Assembly: GCA_024704765.1 (NCBI GenBank)
Contig: JAKMXF010000166.1
Location: 398,743-462,742 of the forward strand
Origin: Oopsacas minuta
Taxonomy: Eukaryota > Animalia > Porifera
Direction: 5' to 3'
Length of the DNA: 64,000 bases
The notes beneath the pieces were generated by a model. It made no database searches. It worked only from the letters and a program-made list of their open reading frames with translations, and had not been told where the DNA came from. Below are positions 48,891 through 62,394 of this stretch, one piece after another. The stretch's first letter is position 1. Each line of letters begins with the position of its first letter. The position numbers and the translations under genes are program-made.

Positions 48891-50252
48891 TTGTTCCATC
48901 GGTTATATCTTAGCGAAAGTCCGTGATAATTACTTCGATACATGGTGTTATGTCCGCAGAGGGCATGTTATATACTCCTGCATTTTCACAGACACGACCC
49001 CTTGTGTGCACCAAGTAGCCCGGGGGTATTTACAAATGGTGGCGCGATTCGTGGTCACTTGTTTAAAATTTTTCATGATTTATTACAAAAACATCGATTT
49101 TCACACTCTATTGATTGAAATTTGACTTTTAACCGAATGCTGATGATTATAATATTCGGTTTGGACCAACCGAATATCGAATACGGATATTCGCTTGATA
49201 ACCAAATATTATTCGATTGCAATCTTGTTTGTAATGTATATGCTTGATTGCGAGAAATTTGAGTAGATTGTATAGCCACTTCTTCCAACAACTGATTTTC
49301 AATGATATTTGATTATAATACAGTTGAACCGGGTCAAAGCGACAATAATCCATATGATATTCAAGACGATTTACTGTGCATACTATAGTATAAGCCTCAG
49401 TATTGATCTGAGTGGAAAGTTTTGTTTGTATGTTTTTATTGTTCCGACTATATTATATTATAGTGGTCCAGTATTGAAATCGTTGCCTATATTATTATTA
49501 TTTTTTTCTCCGTGTCCTCCCTGCAGCCAAAACTGGCGAGTTTAAGGTGATATATGGTGTGAGAAATATTGAAGATATTCGTTGGGCATGCTTCTCCCCT
49601 TTGCTAATCAATCACACACCAAGTGCTACTATTTCACTCTGGTCAAACTTTGTCTGGCCTCTAGCAAAAAATGACGAAAGGAAAGGTGCCAAAGTTTTCA
49701 CACTTTTTGGAAGAGAAAAAAATTCTACACCTTTGTACCCTTCTAGAATTTTATATTGGTTGGTTATAGTTTTTGCGGTAGGTAAATGAAAAATATTCAT
49801 TTTATAGAATTTTGTCATCGGTAATAATTCTATTGTTCTTAGATGTTAAATATTTATTAGTTAAAAAACAGGTACTAGTGGTTATATAATATGGATTCAT
49901 TCAATATCTAAGTTTATTGACGTCAATCATGGATTGCTGGTTAGAAAGATCCACGTGATTATATAAAGTCGAGCTGTAAACCATTTCGTGTTCGCCCCAT
50001 TTCCGGATTTAGGATATGGCAGTTATCATCCCCAAACCCCACTGTTGAAGCCGGGGGTATGGGGATAAGTCGAGCTCAGCCCTTGTGAACGAAACGAAGC
50101 GTGGATTTCGTGCATAGTAGACTTACGTAGCTAGCTTAATTCATAACGATACAAGTTTTCAGAAGTATTATAATACAACAAACATGCACTAATAAGGTCC
50201 ATCACCACAACTTTGTCTTGATTTGTTTTTTATTTAAAATAGGGTGGACCCA

Positions 50253-50861
50253 TTAACAATAACATCTAGAATTGTTTGTTTCCCTCCTCTCTCCATCTAA
50301 CAGGATGATGTCCTTCCTCTCAGATTCTACTTCAGGTAACTTCTTCACTATCATAGCTGCTAATAATACAAACGCCTGTTCTACATTGATATTCTCTTTA
50401 GCACTTGTCTCAATGAATGGAATATTCAAATTATCAGCAAACTCCTTTCCTGTAGAACTCTCCACAGCTCTTTTGCTTTCCAAATCACATTTGTTACCTA
50501 CAAGAATAAATTGAGTGTGCTTTTCTGAATACCTACGAACCTCCTTGTACCAGCTGTCTCTCAAATTGTCAAATGAATCTCTGTTTGTGATGTCATACAC
50601 TAACAGTATCCCTCTGGCTCTTCTATAATAAGATGGAGGCAATTGGGGCACTCCCCCCGTATATGGATGTGTGTTAAACATTCCCCAAAGAAAAAGTTTT
50701 ACGTATTTGTTATCGATTGTTATGTTCTTAACTAAGAAATCTACAGGCCTACAATGATTTAACATTTTATTGTTTGAGTAGACTTGTATGAGACTCATTT
50801 TCCCAACAAATCTATCACCAATTAGCATAAGCTTAAACAAATAGTCAAATTGTTTGCTCAT
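50253..50861 (-). CDS. Rab1-like pseudo-GTPase (Rab-C)
   Basis: FDYLFKLMLIGDRFVGKM (G1 Ser/Thr replaced by Met), G3 DxxG replaced by WGMFNTH, intact GNKCD, ETSAK and RCYC. Confidence 0.8.
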   Translation of the reverse strand: MSKQFDYLFKLMLIGDRFVGKMSLIQVYSNNKMLNHCRPVDFLVKNITIDNKYVKLFLWGMFNTHPYTGGVPQLPPSYYRRARGILLVYDITNRDSFDNLRDSWYKEVRRYSEKHTQFILVGNKCDLESKRAVESSTGKEFADNLNIPFIETSAKENINVEQAFVLLAAMIVKKLPEVESERKDIILLDGERRETNNSRCYC

Positions 50862-51637
50862 CTATTCTATACATTCCTCAATAGCAAGTATTCTTTATGT
50901 AATCCCGTCCTTCCGTATGACCGCACGTCACTGCTAAATGTAGTAAACAAATTAATATGAAAATTTATATACAGTGGAGGATCCAGGGAAATAGGGGATA
51001 TATACCCCACAAGCATAATTATACATGATCTGGAATAATTGTGGTATGTACACAATTCGGCAATGCACCAATGAGTATTTTAGTGACTAGCTGGGAAGCA
51101 ATATGGAGGCAGTAATAACACCGTGTAGTTTGATAAAATGTATTTATTGTTCATTTCGCCTGAATTAGATTTTATTAAGCACAGACGTAATATCTTATAA
51201 TCGCTTTGGATTCTTCGTACACAGTTAGGAAAGTAGGATATTTAAAGCGAATACAAACTTTAAAATAATTGGAATTTACATTGAAAGGAGTGAAAATATG
51301 ATTAATCACCAAAAAATGTGTGTTTATACACATGTGCAAGTCTTCACCCCAAATGTATGTAAAGTACCAATATAGGTAATATATATGTAAAGCCTCCCAG
51401 TGGGTCTAGAGACGAAGCTTCAGGACAACAAGCTCTATTGCTACCACATTAGTTGCCCTTCTATTTTCACATTACTTCGAATCTCGAAATAATTCTCTTA
51501 ATTAATTCGCATTCGCAGTGGATTTTTAATACCTCACTGATATATGCACACTGTAATCGATCTTGAAATATATTCACTAAATCATAAACACCACTTTAGA
51601 GTTATACCCTGACTCCTCAGTAGTATTCAAAGCCACC

Positions 51638-53327
51638 TGTTGCGTGAGATTGTAACTCATTAGTATTATTGGACCAGGGACAGCCTTTCACCGTGAGATT
51701 TTAACTCATCTATATTAAACGACTGTGAATTTGCGGGATATTCGACCAGGATCATTTCAATCACTAATTTGTCCTACTTGTACTCATCAGATTTACCCGA
51801 AATTAATATCATTCGGTAGAGGAGTGTTGGACGCTGTATAAAATATAATTTTCTTAAACATTTGTTAACTTTTACCTATCTATTTTGTCATGACGAGTAG
51901 GGTCGCTTCTCTATTAAATCGACGACCTAAAAGTGAGAATACAAATCTGAAATTTTGTGTCAATATTTGTGACCCATGGACGTTTATGTAAATTAAATTT
52001 CATCCAAAAATTCCTAAAACTCTAGGAGATACAAGTATTCAAAGTTAAAGTCAGAGTTATATTGGAGGGGGTGAGTATCATTTTTTACAAAAAGTAGGGT
52101 CAGTTCAAATTGATATTTGATATCCCAAATCGAAGTCAAACTATTATATTTTGATGACAATCGATAAGAGACAGGCTGAGACATGAGTGTATACCATTAT
52201 GTCGCTATATTCCTGAAATTCTGAAAGATACAGTCACAACGGGGTTCTAAAAATGGCATAATTGTCGTTTTAAATGTACGAATAATCATTATTTGTCAAT
52301 ATATAGATTTCATTGTGATGGATAAAAATAGAAAATGTAATTCGTAATTTCAGTATTTTGCGGTTTGATTATTCGTTTGTCGTAGCAACATTAGGATGGG
52401 AACCAAGAGAAGAGTTATAACATGTGTTACTTCATGCGTAAATAACAGTCATGCTCATTAGTCTTATGAGATAATCTAGTATTGTATTAGACAATGTGAA
52501 TAATGATACGGCTAGTGGAAAACATATTTTCACAAAATATTAATTTTGTAATATTCACTAGAAAAGTACTAGCGACCCCTGTATTTTTTAAAGAAAATTG
52601 AATAACATAATATAAAGAAGGAGCTTGTAAAGTTTCAGGCGATTCTTGGAATGAATTATTCTGAAATTTGAGTCTTAAATTGAAATTTCGAAAATACATA
52701 AAAAACGACAATTATGCCATTTTTAGAACCCCGTTGTGACTGTATCTTTCAGAATTTCAGGAATATAGCGACATAATGGTATACACTCATGTCTCAGCTA
52801 TCGATTGTCATCAAAATATAATAGTTTGACTTCGATTTGGGATATCAAATATCAATTTGAACTGACCCTACTTTTTGTAAAAAATGATACTCACCCCCTC
52901 CAATATAACTCTGACTTTAACTTTGAATACTTGTATCTCCTAGAGTTTTAGGAATTTTTGGATGAAATTTAATTTACATAAACGTCCATGGGTCACAAAT
53001 ATTGACACAAAATTTCAGATTTGTATTCTCACTTTTAGGTCGTCGATTTAATAGAGAAGCGACCCTACTCGTCATGACAAAATAGATAGGTAAAAGTTAA
53101 CAAATGTTTAAGAAAATTATATTTTATACAGCGTCCAACACTCCTCTACCGAATGATATTAATTTCGGGTAAATCTGATGAGTACAAGTAGGACAAATTA
53201 GTGATTGAAATGATCCTGGTCGAATATCCCGCAAATTCACAGTCGTTTAATATAGATGAGTTAAAATCTCACGGTGAAAGGCTGTCCCTGGTCCAATAAT
53301 ACTAATGAGTTACAATCTCACGCAACA
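51638..53327. mobile_element. Foldback element FB2: 634/626-bp inverted arms, 430-bp spacer, TGTTG..CAACA ends, 4-bp TSD
   Basis: 51638-52271 is the reverse complement of 52702-53327 apart from an 8-nt indel (AGAGACAG); CACC at 51634-51637 and 53328-53331. Confidence 0.85.
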
Positions 53328-53374
53328 CACCTAAATCCCAAATCTTAATTTTTAATTATTATTCAATGTTAGAC

Positions 53375-56300
53375 ATGGCCAGCTGGGAAGAATTCTACTC
53401 AAGTAATAAGATAGTACTTCCTGATTTAAATACAATTCTAACCGACTGCTCTACTTACTGTCTTATCCTCAGAAGCTTAGAAGGATTCAAATCTTCCCTC
53501 TTACCCTCTCTCCCCACGGACACACCTACTAACAACTTGTCTTATAGATTAGCTCTTAGGAGCAAACAGAGTGATAACTTCAAGTTGGATGGGTTTACAA
53601 TCAAAATTCATCTTTTTGATTTTGAAAACAAAAAATTTTTAGGAAGAACATGGGTATCTCCACCTTTCAAAATATCTCAGGAAGAAAAGAAAAGTTTCTG
53701 TTCTCTTGGCCATACGTTATACTTTCAACTACCGAACAGTTTTTATACATATTTTGTAGTAGAGTTCGTAACTAAGGCTGGCAAATCGGACTCTACTATA
53801 TTTTGGACCTCATTTGACCCCTTCGCACATCTACAAAATGTATCAGATTTATCCACACCCACAAAACACCCTCAGCTACGTATCCCTCTCTTCTACGGTT
53901 CCCCTCGGTCTCTGTTTTTCCTCAAATCCACCTTGCTAGACAGCAAGTCTCCAACTCCTGTGCCAGGCTGTCTCCTGATCTGCTCTCTGACTACACACAA
54001 GGCCTTACAATGTACCTCACATCTATTTCCACCTTTCTATCTCCTCAGCTCTAGCTCTATCATCCCAGGTCTGGTCTACTCCTCCAGACAACCATTCAAA
54101 GATCCATTCTCCAGCCCTAAACTCCTGGATACCCTCCCCTGTCACATATCAGAACTGTCTGTAGAATTCTCACAGGACTTCTCCTCTATAACAGAGGATC
54201 TACTCACTACTATCAAGTCTAGCTCACAGATACCAGTACCAGGTGATGCTAGAATATCAGAAATAAGGCTACGAGTTGGTATACATAACGGTCTAACCTT
54301 CATACACCAACCTAAGATCCTCTATCTGGAGAGAGATAGACATAGCGATCAGTCTCTGAGAGCTATTGGATCTTTTCAGCTGGAAGATCTTATCCAGCAT
54401 CCTCTCATGTCACTCATATTCCAAATAGATATTCAGATACATGTGAGTTCGAATATCATTAATTCATAATAATAACTTGAAAAGCCTTTGCTAATTATCA
54501 ATTTGTTTGATCGGAGATCATATAATTCTTGAGAAATATACAGGGCGAGGCCAGGGGCAAGCACCCCCAATTTGTGAAAACAAATCCCTCAGTTATTATA
54601 GATGAGTTATGGGTGTATAGCTTTTCTGAAATAAATTTCAGATTTTCTGTTGTTTCCCCGGTCCCATGTATCTTCAAAAAGTTCCAATACTACAATATAT
54701 TGTTCATATCCCTAAATGTAAATATTTGCCTTTTGAAACTAGTTTCAGTCTCTACCGCCCTGCATCACTTAGCCCCAGCACGAATAAGTTTTATTGTCAT
54801 TTATGCATAGTTATATCTGTAGTACAATTCACCTGTTCAATATGTTACACAAATGTATTTGGACAGGGTGGTTGACATAATTCCAATATTCGTTCAGGCG
54901 TGATTTCCTTCCTAACCAAATCAAAGTAAATACAATCATAGACAGTGGAGCACCACAACCACAATGAACCTCCCAAAGTGAGGTTCATTGTCGTGTTTCC
55001 CTATAAAATTATTGTCGTATTCGATAATGCCTGAAGGCTGGACTCCCCCCTGGAAATATACAACGCTTCATAGGGCTACTGGCTAATCCGGTCTATTGTC
55101 CAGAAACAGAACCATGCAACCAAATACTGCCAGGAAAATCTGGGATTTTGTGACCTCCTAAAGGTGCTAAAATCTCTTGGTGTTCCTTTTCGTTACGAAC
55201 TTAACACTTCGGTCGTAATCGGTAATATTCGAGCCAAAACGGGCATGTCCCTACGTGACACTGTAGTTAGTTAACAATTGAATTGTTAATTTTATTCCAA
55301 TTAGATAGATAGAAATATCTATGTTGTCTGACTTTATTCTCCTAGAATTTATTGGTACACGCTCCCATATTATAATGTAATATTTTGTTTTCAGGTCCGT
55401 AACGTAACATCTACTCAATATCCACTTCTTAGCAAGGGAAATCTCAAAGCTTTATCTCAGAAGGATTCTAGAGTAGATCCATTTCAGTATAACGTGTCCC
55501 TCTCCTGGGGAGCTTGGTGTCCCTTCTCAGGTGTAGCCCCTCCTCCAGAAGACCCCGTGTGTGTAGGATTCAGACTCCGTACCGGTCCAGGGATAAGTCC
55601 GTACAATGTTCCTGTTTTAAGAGGCGGTAAGCATACTTCTCACATCCGGTTCTACTTCACTCACTGGAGCGAGCAGGCTGAGGAGGGGGCACGACTAAAA
55701 AGGAGTATTTCCTCTACTTCTGTGCCCATCAGTTCACACAGGGGACAGATACCCAGAAGGAGTCATAGTCAGATCGGTGCTAAATATTCCAGAAAGAAAA
55801 CGAGGTTAGATAACTCCTCCATTACACCTCTATAAGCGGGAAATTCTAAGATAAATTGTTATGAGTATTCAATTTTGTGCTAAAATTAGAAAGATCACGT
55901 ATTCATCGCTATGGTGAATTATAATCATTGGGTTTCTCAGAAGAAAACTTCCTACAATTTTTTATATAAACCAACAACCTTTGTGGATAATATGATAATC
56001 AAATATCATCGAAAAACATTCGTTGGAGGAAATGGCTGTACATATTGACTCAAAAATCTCTGGTTAAAGGACATTTGCATTCGAAATTATAAATGGGGAA
56101 TGGGAGGTTATCAGGAGATTCGCCGCCGACCTCCCCCACTTGTAGAGGTTCTACTATACTAATATAACAACTATTTATTTAATTATTGTATATCCGAGAT
56201 AATTGTAGACTTCAATGAGAATATAGTAGAACTCGGTTAGTATGTACTCGGCATAAGACATACTTTACTTACTAATTTTGTTTCTCGAGTGGGTCTTATA

Positions 56301-59300
56301 GTTCTATATCGTGAATCATACCTATACTGACTTATTTACTTTGCTACTTATTGTACTCAATAGGCCTTTCAGTCCACCTTCTTCCGCTACTCCTCCTCTT
56401 GCCTACACAAATAGAGCTTCTAGTTTAGGTACATTTGAGTCTGTACTGAATGACAGTAATATTAATGGAGGTAGTGTACCTCATCTAGACAGGATACATG
56501 ATTCTCCTTCTGCTGCCATTCTTTCTACAAAACAGCACTCCAACTCTTCTCTCACTTACTCTAATCTATCTCGTGTTCATAATGTTAAGTCTACCAGCTC
56601 TACTCCTGTTAACACTATCAAGCCTCCCATAAATCAAACATATATTGCTCAAGCGAATGAATTGGCCATGACGTCATCTGATAACAAGTAAGATATGTGT
56701 ATATATTTCATACAATTAGTTACTTATAACTCTTTAATAGACCTCAATTACAAGAAGAGATAGAAGCTCCTATCCTAGGAGATATAGATATAACTGCTTC
56801 ACCTGGTAGGATTATCACAAGAGATCATACATCATTCATTCAGGTTCCTCACTCACAAACTCCTGCTCACATACCTGTACCCTACGGACACACTCTACAG
56901 GGAGTTGACACCAAGCAAGGACTGTCTCGAGCTGATTATGCGCTACTTCATAATTCTGGGTTTCAAGAGGTTTTGTCTAACAAAGGAAACCTCGCGGATT
57001 CTAATACCTATCATACTTCACAGTCTTATCCGAGCAGAGCTTGTTTATCTGTACAACTAATGGCATTTCAATTACCACTTAATCCTATAGAGAATATTCT
57101 AGAAGGGTACTCTTCTCTTGCAATGTTTGATGCTCCAAAACAAGTATTCTGTACTTACAAACTATTCAAATGGCAACCTAACACAACTCCTAAACTCTCA
57201 TTGGTTAGAAAAGAGATCAGACCATCTGATAAGAGGATTACTCCTTACCTCTTGATGGAGGAGGCTACTTCTAGTCCAGGGTATTTATCCGGCTACCAGA
57301 TCACTTGTCAGTCTCATGTCAGGGAGCTTATCTCTTATCTACACACATACAAGATACAGTTTGATTTATGGGATGGAGAGAGTTTGATGCTAATAGGTAG
57401 TGGATTCATATCTCTCAAGCAATTAGTCTCTAATCATATGGAATCAGTTCAGATGATTAAAGAATTGGAATTATCATCTCTTGATGTTTTTAACTCAAAT
57501 GATATTCTAGTTCTAGACCAAAATGGACAGTTTTGTCACTCACAAGGTCGTACAGTACCTCAAGGGACTCTTGTAATAAGATATAGTTACATGCCTGACT
57601 TCTCTGATTCTTATGTTTGTAATTTTGAACATTTCTACTCTCTTGACAGAACTGATTACAATTCTATTCTTAATGGAGTTAAAGTTAAACAGCAGTCAGT
57701 CAGACAAGCTAAACGAGTATCGAAGGTTAGAACATAAATTTTCTCGTAAACACAATCAGTGCTTAACTAAATTTGTGGGTTAATCAATAATAGGATACTA
57801 CAGTAGAACTCTGATAAAGACGTACTCCAGTAAAATATTTTAGAATGCATCATTTCGAATTACAACCAAGAGATAACGGCCCCCTTCAATGCTGTGGCCC
57901 CCCGCGAAAGCGGTGTTGCTGGGGCGATAGTTACGGCACTGAACACAATACGTATTAGATAGTAGTTACGTAGTTGTTTGTAGGTCAAGGTTGCAACCGA
58001 ATACCATATGCAGCTTTATTTGTGCGATATATTTAATCATGCGAACGTGCGGTTTTCCGCATTTCGCATAATTTTATTTACGGATAACTTTAATAACGAA
58101 AATATCTTAGTTGTTAGATACATGGTTGGTTGTATCGCACGAATAAGCTGTATATGGTAGTTCAATATTCGGCTACCAATCGAATATTGTCATTATTCGG
58201 TCAGGAGCTGTTAAGCTACATGTTATTGGTGATGTTATTATTCAATACTTTTCAAGCTGCAGTTTAAATATATTTACTGTTCCGGCTATACATTAGTAAA
58301 AGGTTCAGTTTTGATCTCAGTGCCCTTTGGGTGTCGTAACCTCTAAACAGCCACATAATATATGATTAAGAGTGGTTATTACTATTATACATATATTTAC
58401 ACTATAGTAATCAAAGCTATTATCCAATACATTGTGGGTTGTAATATAGTGTGTAATTGTTCAAAATCTGTGATTTGTCTGCTTATTCTAACTGTGAATT
58501 ACGTATTATAATAATACCAATAATATATTATTATTTTCTCGTTCTTGTAGGCTAAACACATGACTGAGACAGATGATAGTCTTCGTAGTATGCTACACTC
58601 TACAGCTGATGCAAATAGGCCAACAGGGAAAGAGAACACTAGAAAGTTAGAACGTATGCGAATGGTGAGAGGGGCTTCAGGACATACTCCGAATATATCG
58701 GAAGTTTCTCAAATTAAGAGAAGGAAAGATTTCCAGATTTTGGATATGTATCGTAAAGATAGTAAATTTCAAAAAATAGATTCTCTTCTGACTGAATTCA
58801 TTTGTTCTGAGATATCAATAGATGCTGCTGCAGGTATAGCTTATTATTATGAACACGAATTGAAGAATCCATTCAGCGAGACTCTTGTCCTTAATATTGA
58901 GATTCCTGATAGCTCAATATCTCTTGTGTCCAACTCAAATGAGCTCAGATATTTGAAAAGTATATACAACTCTCTAACTCCTGTAGAAAACGATTTGATA
59001 CATTTCAGTGATCAAAAGAACGAACCTCAAATATTTTTACAACCAAAAGAATCTGTAATTGTTCCATTTAAATACCAATCATTTAGAATTCATTCTCTCT
59101 CAAATGAATCGAAACATTTAGAAATGTTTAAGATCCAAATTAGGTTCTTAACAGAGGAGAACAGAGCTATTTCAGTCCTAACATTTAATATAAATCCTCA
59201 ACCTGTACTTACTGACTACACAATGCATTTCTATCATCCAGAGAGGATATTCTTTAGAAAAACATTCCTCCTACCTTCAACAATGTTTTCCCGTTCCACT

Positions 59301-60098
59301 GCTGACAATTTTGATGAAGTATCAGCGTTGTGTTCAGATAAAAACGTATTTGCTGTTTTTACTCGTAACGAAGTTGGTGATTCACTGCAGCTTCACGTGA
59401 AAGTTGCTTGTGAGAATCAAATTAATCAATACACATTCTTTCTAATGATATACAACGATAAATACCTTTCTAAGCCCACTCAAACTTGGGAGATTTGCAT
59501 TCACCCACTTGCACGTATCGATATGAATTGCACGATAGGTCAATCTTGCTTCGCTAAAGTCTACATCAAAGGTACAGCATATACTCGTGTAGTCCAGTGT
59601 TACAGTTCTCATCCACATGTTGTGCAGATACAACCAAAGGAAAAATTTGTGTTAACAGCAAACTCAATGATGGAAATTAATCTAGGAGTAAAACCAACAT
59701 TTATTGGCAATAGAAATATGTGTGTGAATGTTGTTGATCGCGAAATGTCACAGATAATTCAACAATGGATGATTTGTATTAATTCAAAAGAACCAAATAT
59801 ATCTCGTTCGTATCGTATAACAATACCAACACACGATTCTGTTATTACTACCAAAAGAATAACATTCAGAAATCCGTACTCGAAGAGAAAAGAATTTTTC
59901 TTACATTGCTCGCGAGCAGATATTCTGACTTTTAAGGAGAACAGCTTCCAAGTAAACGGACTCACTACTCACACTATTTTTCTAAACTTCCAACCAGTTT
60001 CCTACTCACTAGAACTCGATATTCTTATCTTTATCAACGATAAACAGGACAACACTGAAGAATGTTTTTGTATTCAAATTTCTTATGAAAATGTTTGA
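53375..60098 (+). CDS. NPHP4: Nephrocystin-4, five exons: 53375-54442, 55395-55804, 56364-56687, 56741-57725, 58551-60098 (1444 aa)
   Basis: All introns GT-AG with compatible phases; RLRVGIHNG, GLSRADYALLHNSGF, IQFDLWDGESLMLIG, C-terminal Ig/MSP-like repeats (YYEHELKNPF, KRITFRNPY, ILIFIND..DNTEECF). Confidence 0.9.
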
Positions 60099-60759
60099 AT
60101 ACTTTTGTCAGCTATACATTATTCGCCTACTAATATTACTTTTCAGAATGTGTCGGATTTAATAAAGGCAATGGTAATAAGTTTTTTTAAATATCGCCCA
60201 CCACCGCCACTTGATTCCTTACGTTTTGCAACCTAATAAAATAATTGTGGTATCATAAATTCAAAATCACTCCATAATAATTATTCGTGCTGAAGCGTAA
60301 ACACTGCTTAAGCTAATGTGGTATATGAGCGAATATCATATTGTTGAGAGAATTATGTTACAAATTCATTATTCCTAGATATTGTAATTCAATTTTCTCC
60401 ATTTTTGGTACAATTAACCACTTCAATATTAATTAGTACCAAAATCCAGGAGTTTTACACGAATATCTCTAAATTCATCACTAATTACCTAGCAAAATAG
60501 TATCCCTTCTTTACAAGAGGAATTAGTCCTAATTAACTTGCGATTTGGAATTTGTAGTTCTCATATAGCTTAGCTGTAACGTATAACACTGCTTAATTAG
60601 AACACATCGTGTTGCGTCGATTGAAATTCAACCTAGTATTACAATACAGTTTGACTCGTATAAAAAGGTATATTCCTCAGTAGTTAATTAAATAAACTAT
60701 TGAGTCAATCAATTTCAAAATTACAATTCAATTTTATTGCCTAATACTAACAACACACT

Positions 60760-62124
60760 ATGACTAGTTCAGGTTATTCTTCAGACAATGAGACTCCTTT
60801 CGGTTCTACCGTCTCCTCCTATATCGACCTGAGAGAAGTTGATGGAGCTTCTAATTTCAGGGAAGATTTCAAGATTATTGGTAAGTTTTTATAAAACTAT
60901 CATTTCTTGCGGAATTATTGCATTTAAATTAATAGCTAATTTTGTTATGTATATTACATAATGTTATGAAGAGTTTATTCTATTTTAGAAAAGAAGTTAA
61001 GCACAGCTACTTTTAACGAACAGGACTGGGTGAAATGCAAGTTCTCTCTGGTGACGGATAAGAAGTACTCCAATGTGATATTAATGGGGGACTTCACCTC
61101 ATGGGATAGTTACCCTATTACTCTTCAAGCATGCGAAAAGGGTTACGAAACTACAGTCATGCTGTTAAAAGGTGTATACGAGTACAAGTTCAGGGCAGAC
61201 GGGAAATGGACTTCAGATCCTCAAAATCCTTACAAGACTGCTAATTATGGAAACTCTCTCCTTTACGTTGGTATCAACCCCTTAGATTGGAAATGCAATC
61301 ACTGGAGAATGCCGAATCTCGAATATATTCGTCCTAATTGCAACTTCTGGTACTTCATAGAAGTACCTACAGGATTGACTGTTGAAGTAGGTAAGGCTGG
61401 ACTACGTAAAAGGCCATTATATGTCTTCCTACCGCCGGGCTATGAATCTGCTTCCTCTCCTCTGCCAGTTGTGTACACTATAGATGGTTACGATTCATTT
61501 TCTAATGGCAACGAAGGTCGTTTCTTAGATCAGTTTCTTGATTCCAAATGGAAAAGCGGATCCCTTCCTGAATTCATCTTTGTTGCTATTCCTAGTATGG
61601 AAGTTGCTTTCCCTGGATTTGAGAAGAAAGATTTATTTATTAAGAATTTCTCTGAAATCGAAAATGAAGCTTATCTTAAATTTCTTATCGATATAGTTGT
61701 CCCTACCATAAAGTCGAAATATAATGTCAGTTCAGATCCGAAGCACTCTGTTATAATGGGAGACCATTATGGTGGATTGGCCGCGTTTGTTGCTAGCCTT
61801 CTGTATCCAGAAACCTTTGGTCAAGCTATTTCCCTCTCTCCTTCTTTCGGATATCATGATCGTAACAATTCGTCAATCTTTGACTTTATGCGTAGTCAAA
61901 AACCGACCATGAAATCATTATTCTATCTAGACTCATCCAATATACCTGGAGATAATAAACATATGACTGAAGCTATGGCTACACATCTATCCAAGAGTAA
62001 GATTCCTTCAGTTAATTATCTACATCAAAATCTATGCTTCGATCCATTGGAAAATAAAGCAAGGCTTTCTAACCCGGATTGGCAAATGCGCGTTGAAAAA
62101 GCTCTTCACTTTATTTTCAAATAA
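60760..62124 (+). CDS. CBM48 (AMPK-beta-type glycogen-binding) + alpha/beta-hydrolase putative-esterase-fold protein; exons 60760-60880 and 60989-62124 (418 aa)
   Basis: GDFTSW..YEYKFRADGKWTSDPQNP..YGNS; LYVFLPPGY..LPVVYTIDG; Y..FL.DIVVPTIKSKY; MGDHYGGL; AISLSPSF; phase-1 intron GTAAGT..TTTTAG joins in frame. Confidence 0.8.
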
Positions 62125-62394
62125 TCCTGACGTTAATCAGCACTCATACACATAATTTCCAAATTTCCCCTGTTTCATGACTCAAATAATGTAAATATCT
62201 GTATTCTGTCTCCCTAAACTACATATACTATTAACTTGAATAATTACATTTAACACACGTGTTCTTTGAATTATGTTCTGTGGGTTGGATATACTGTTTA
62301 CATATTTTATGCCTGTGTCGTAGTTCCAGTTTGTAATTACAAGATACTTACTTGATATTGAAACTATTCATTCTTCTAACCCATTTTTATTATA

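Noticed and set aside
50026-50065. 14-bp G/C-rich hairpin downstream of Rab-C
   Set aside because: Lies beside a CGAAACGAAGCG motif typical of common Helitron-like repeat ends; no evidence of a gene-specific role
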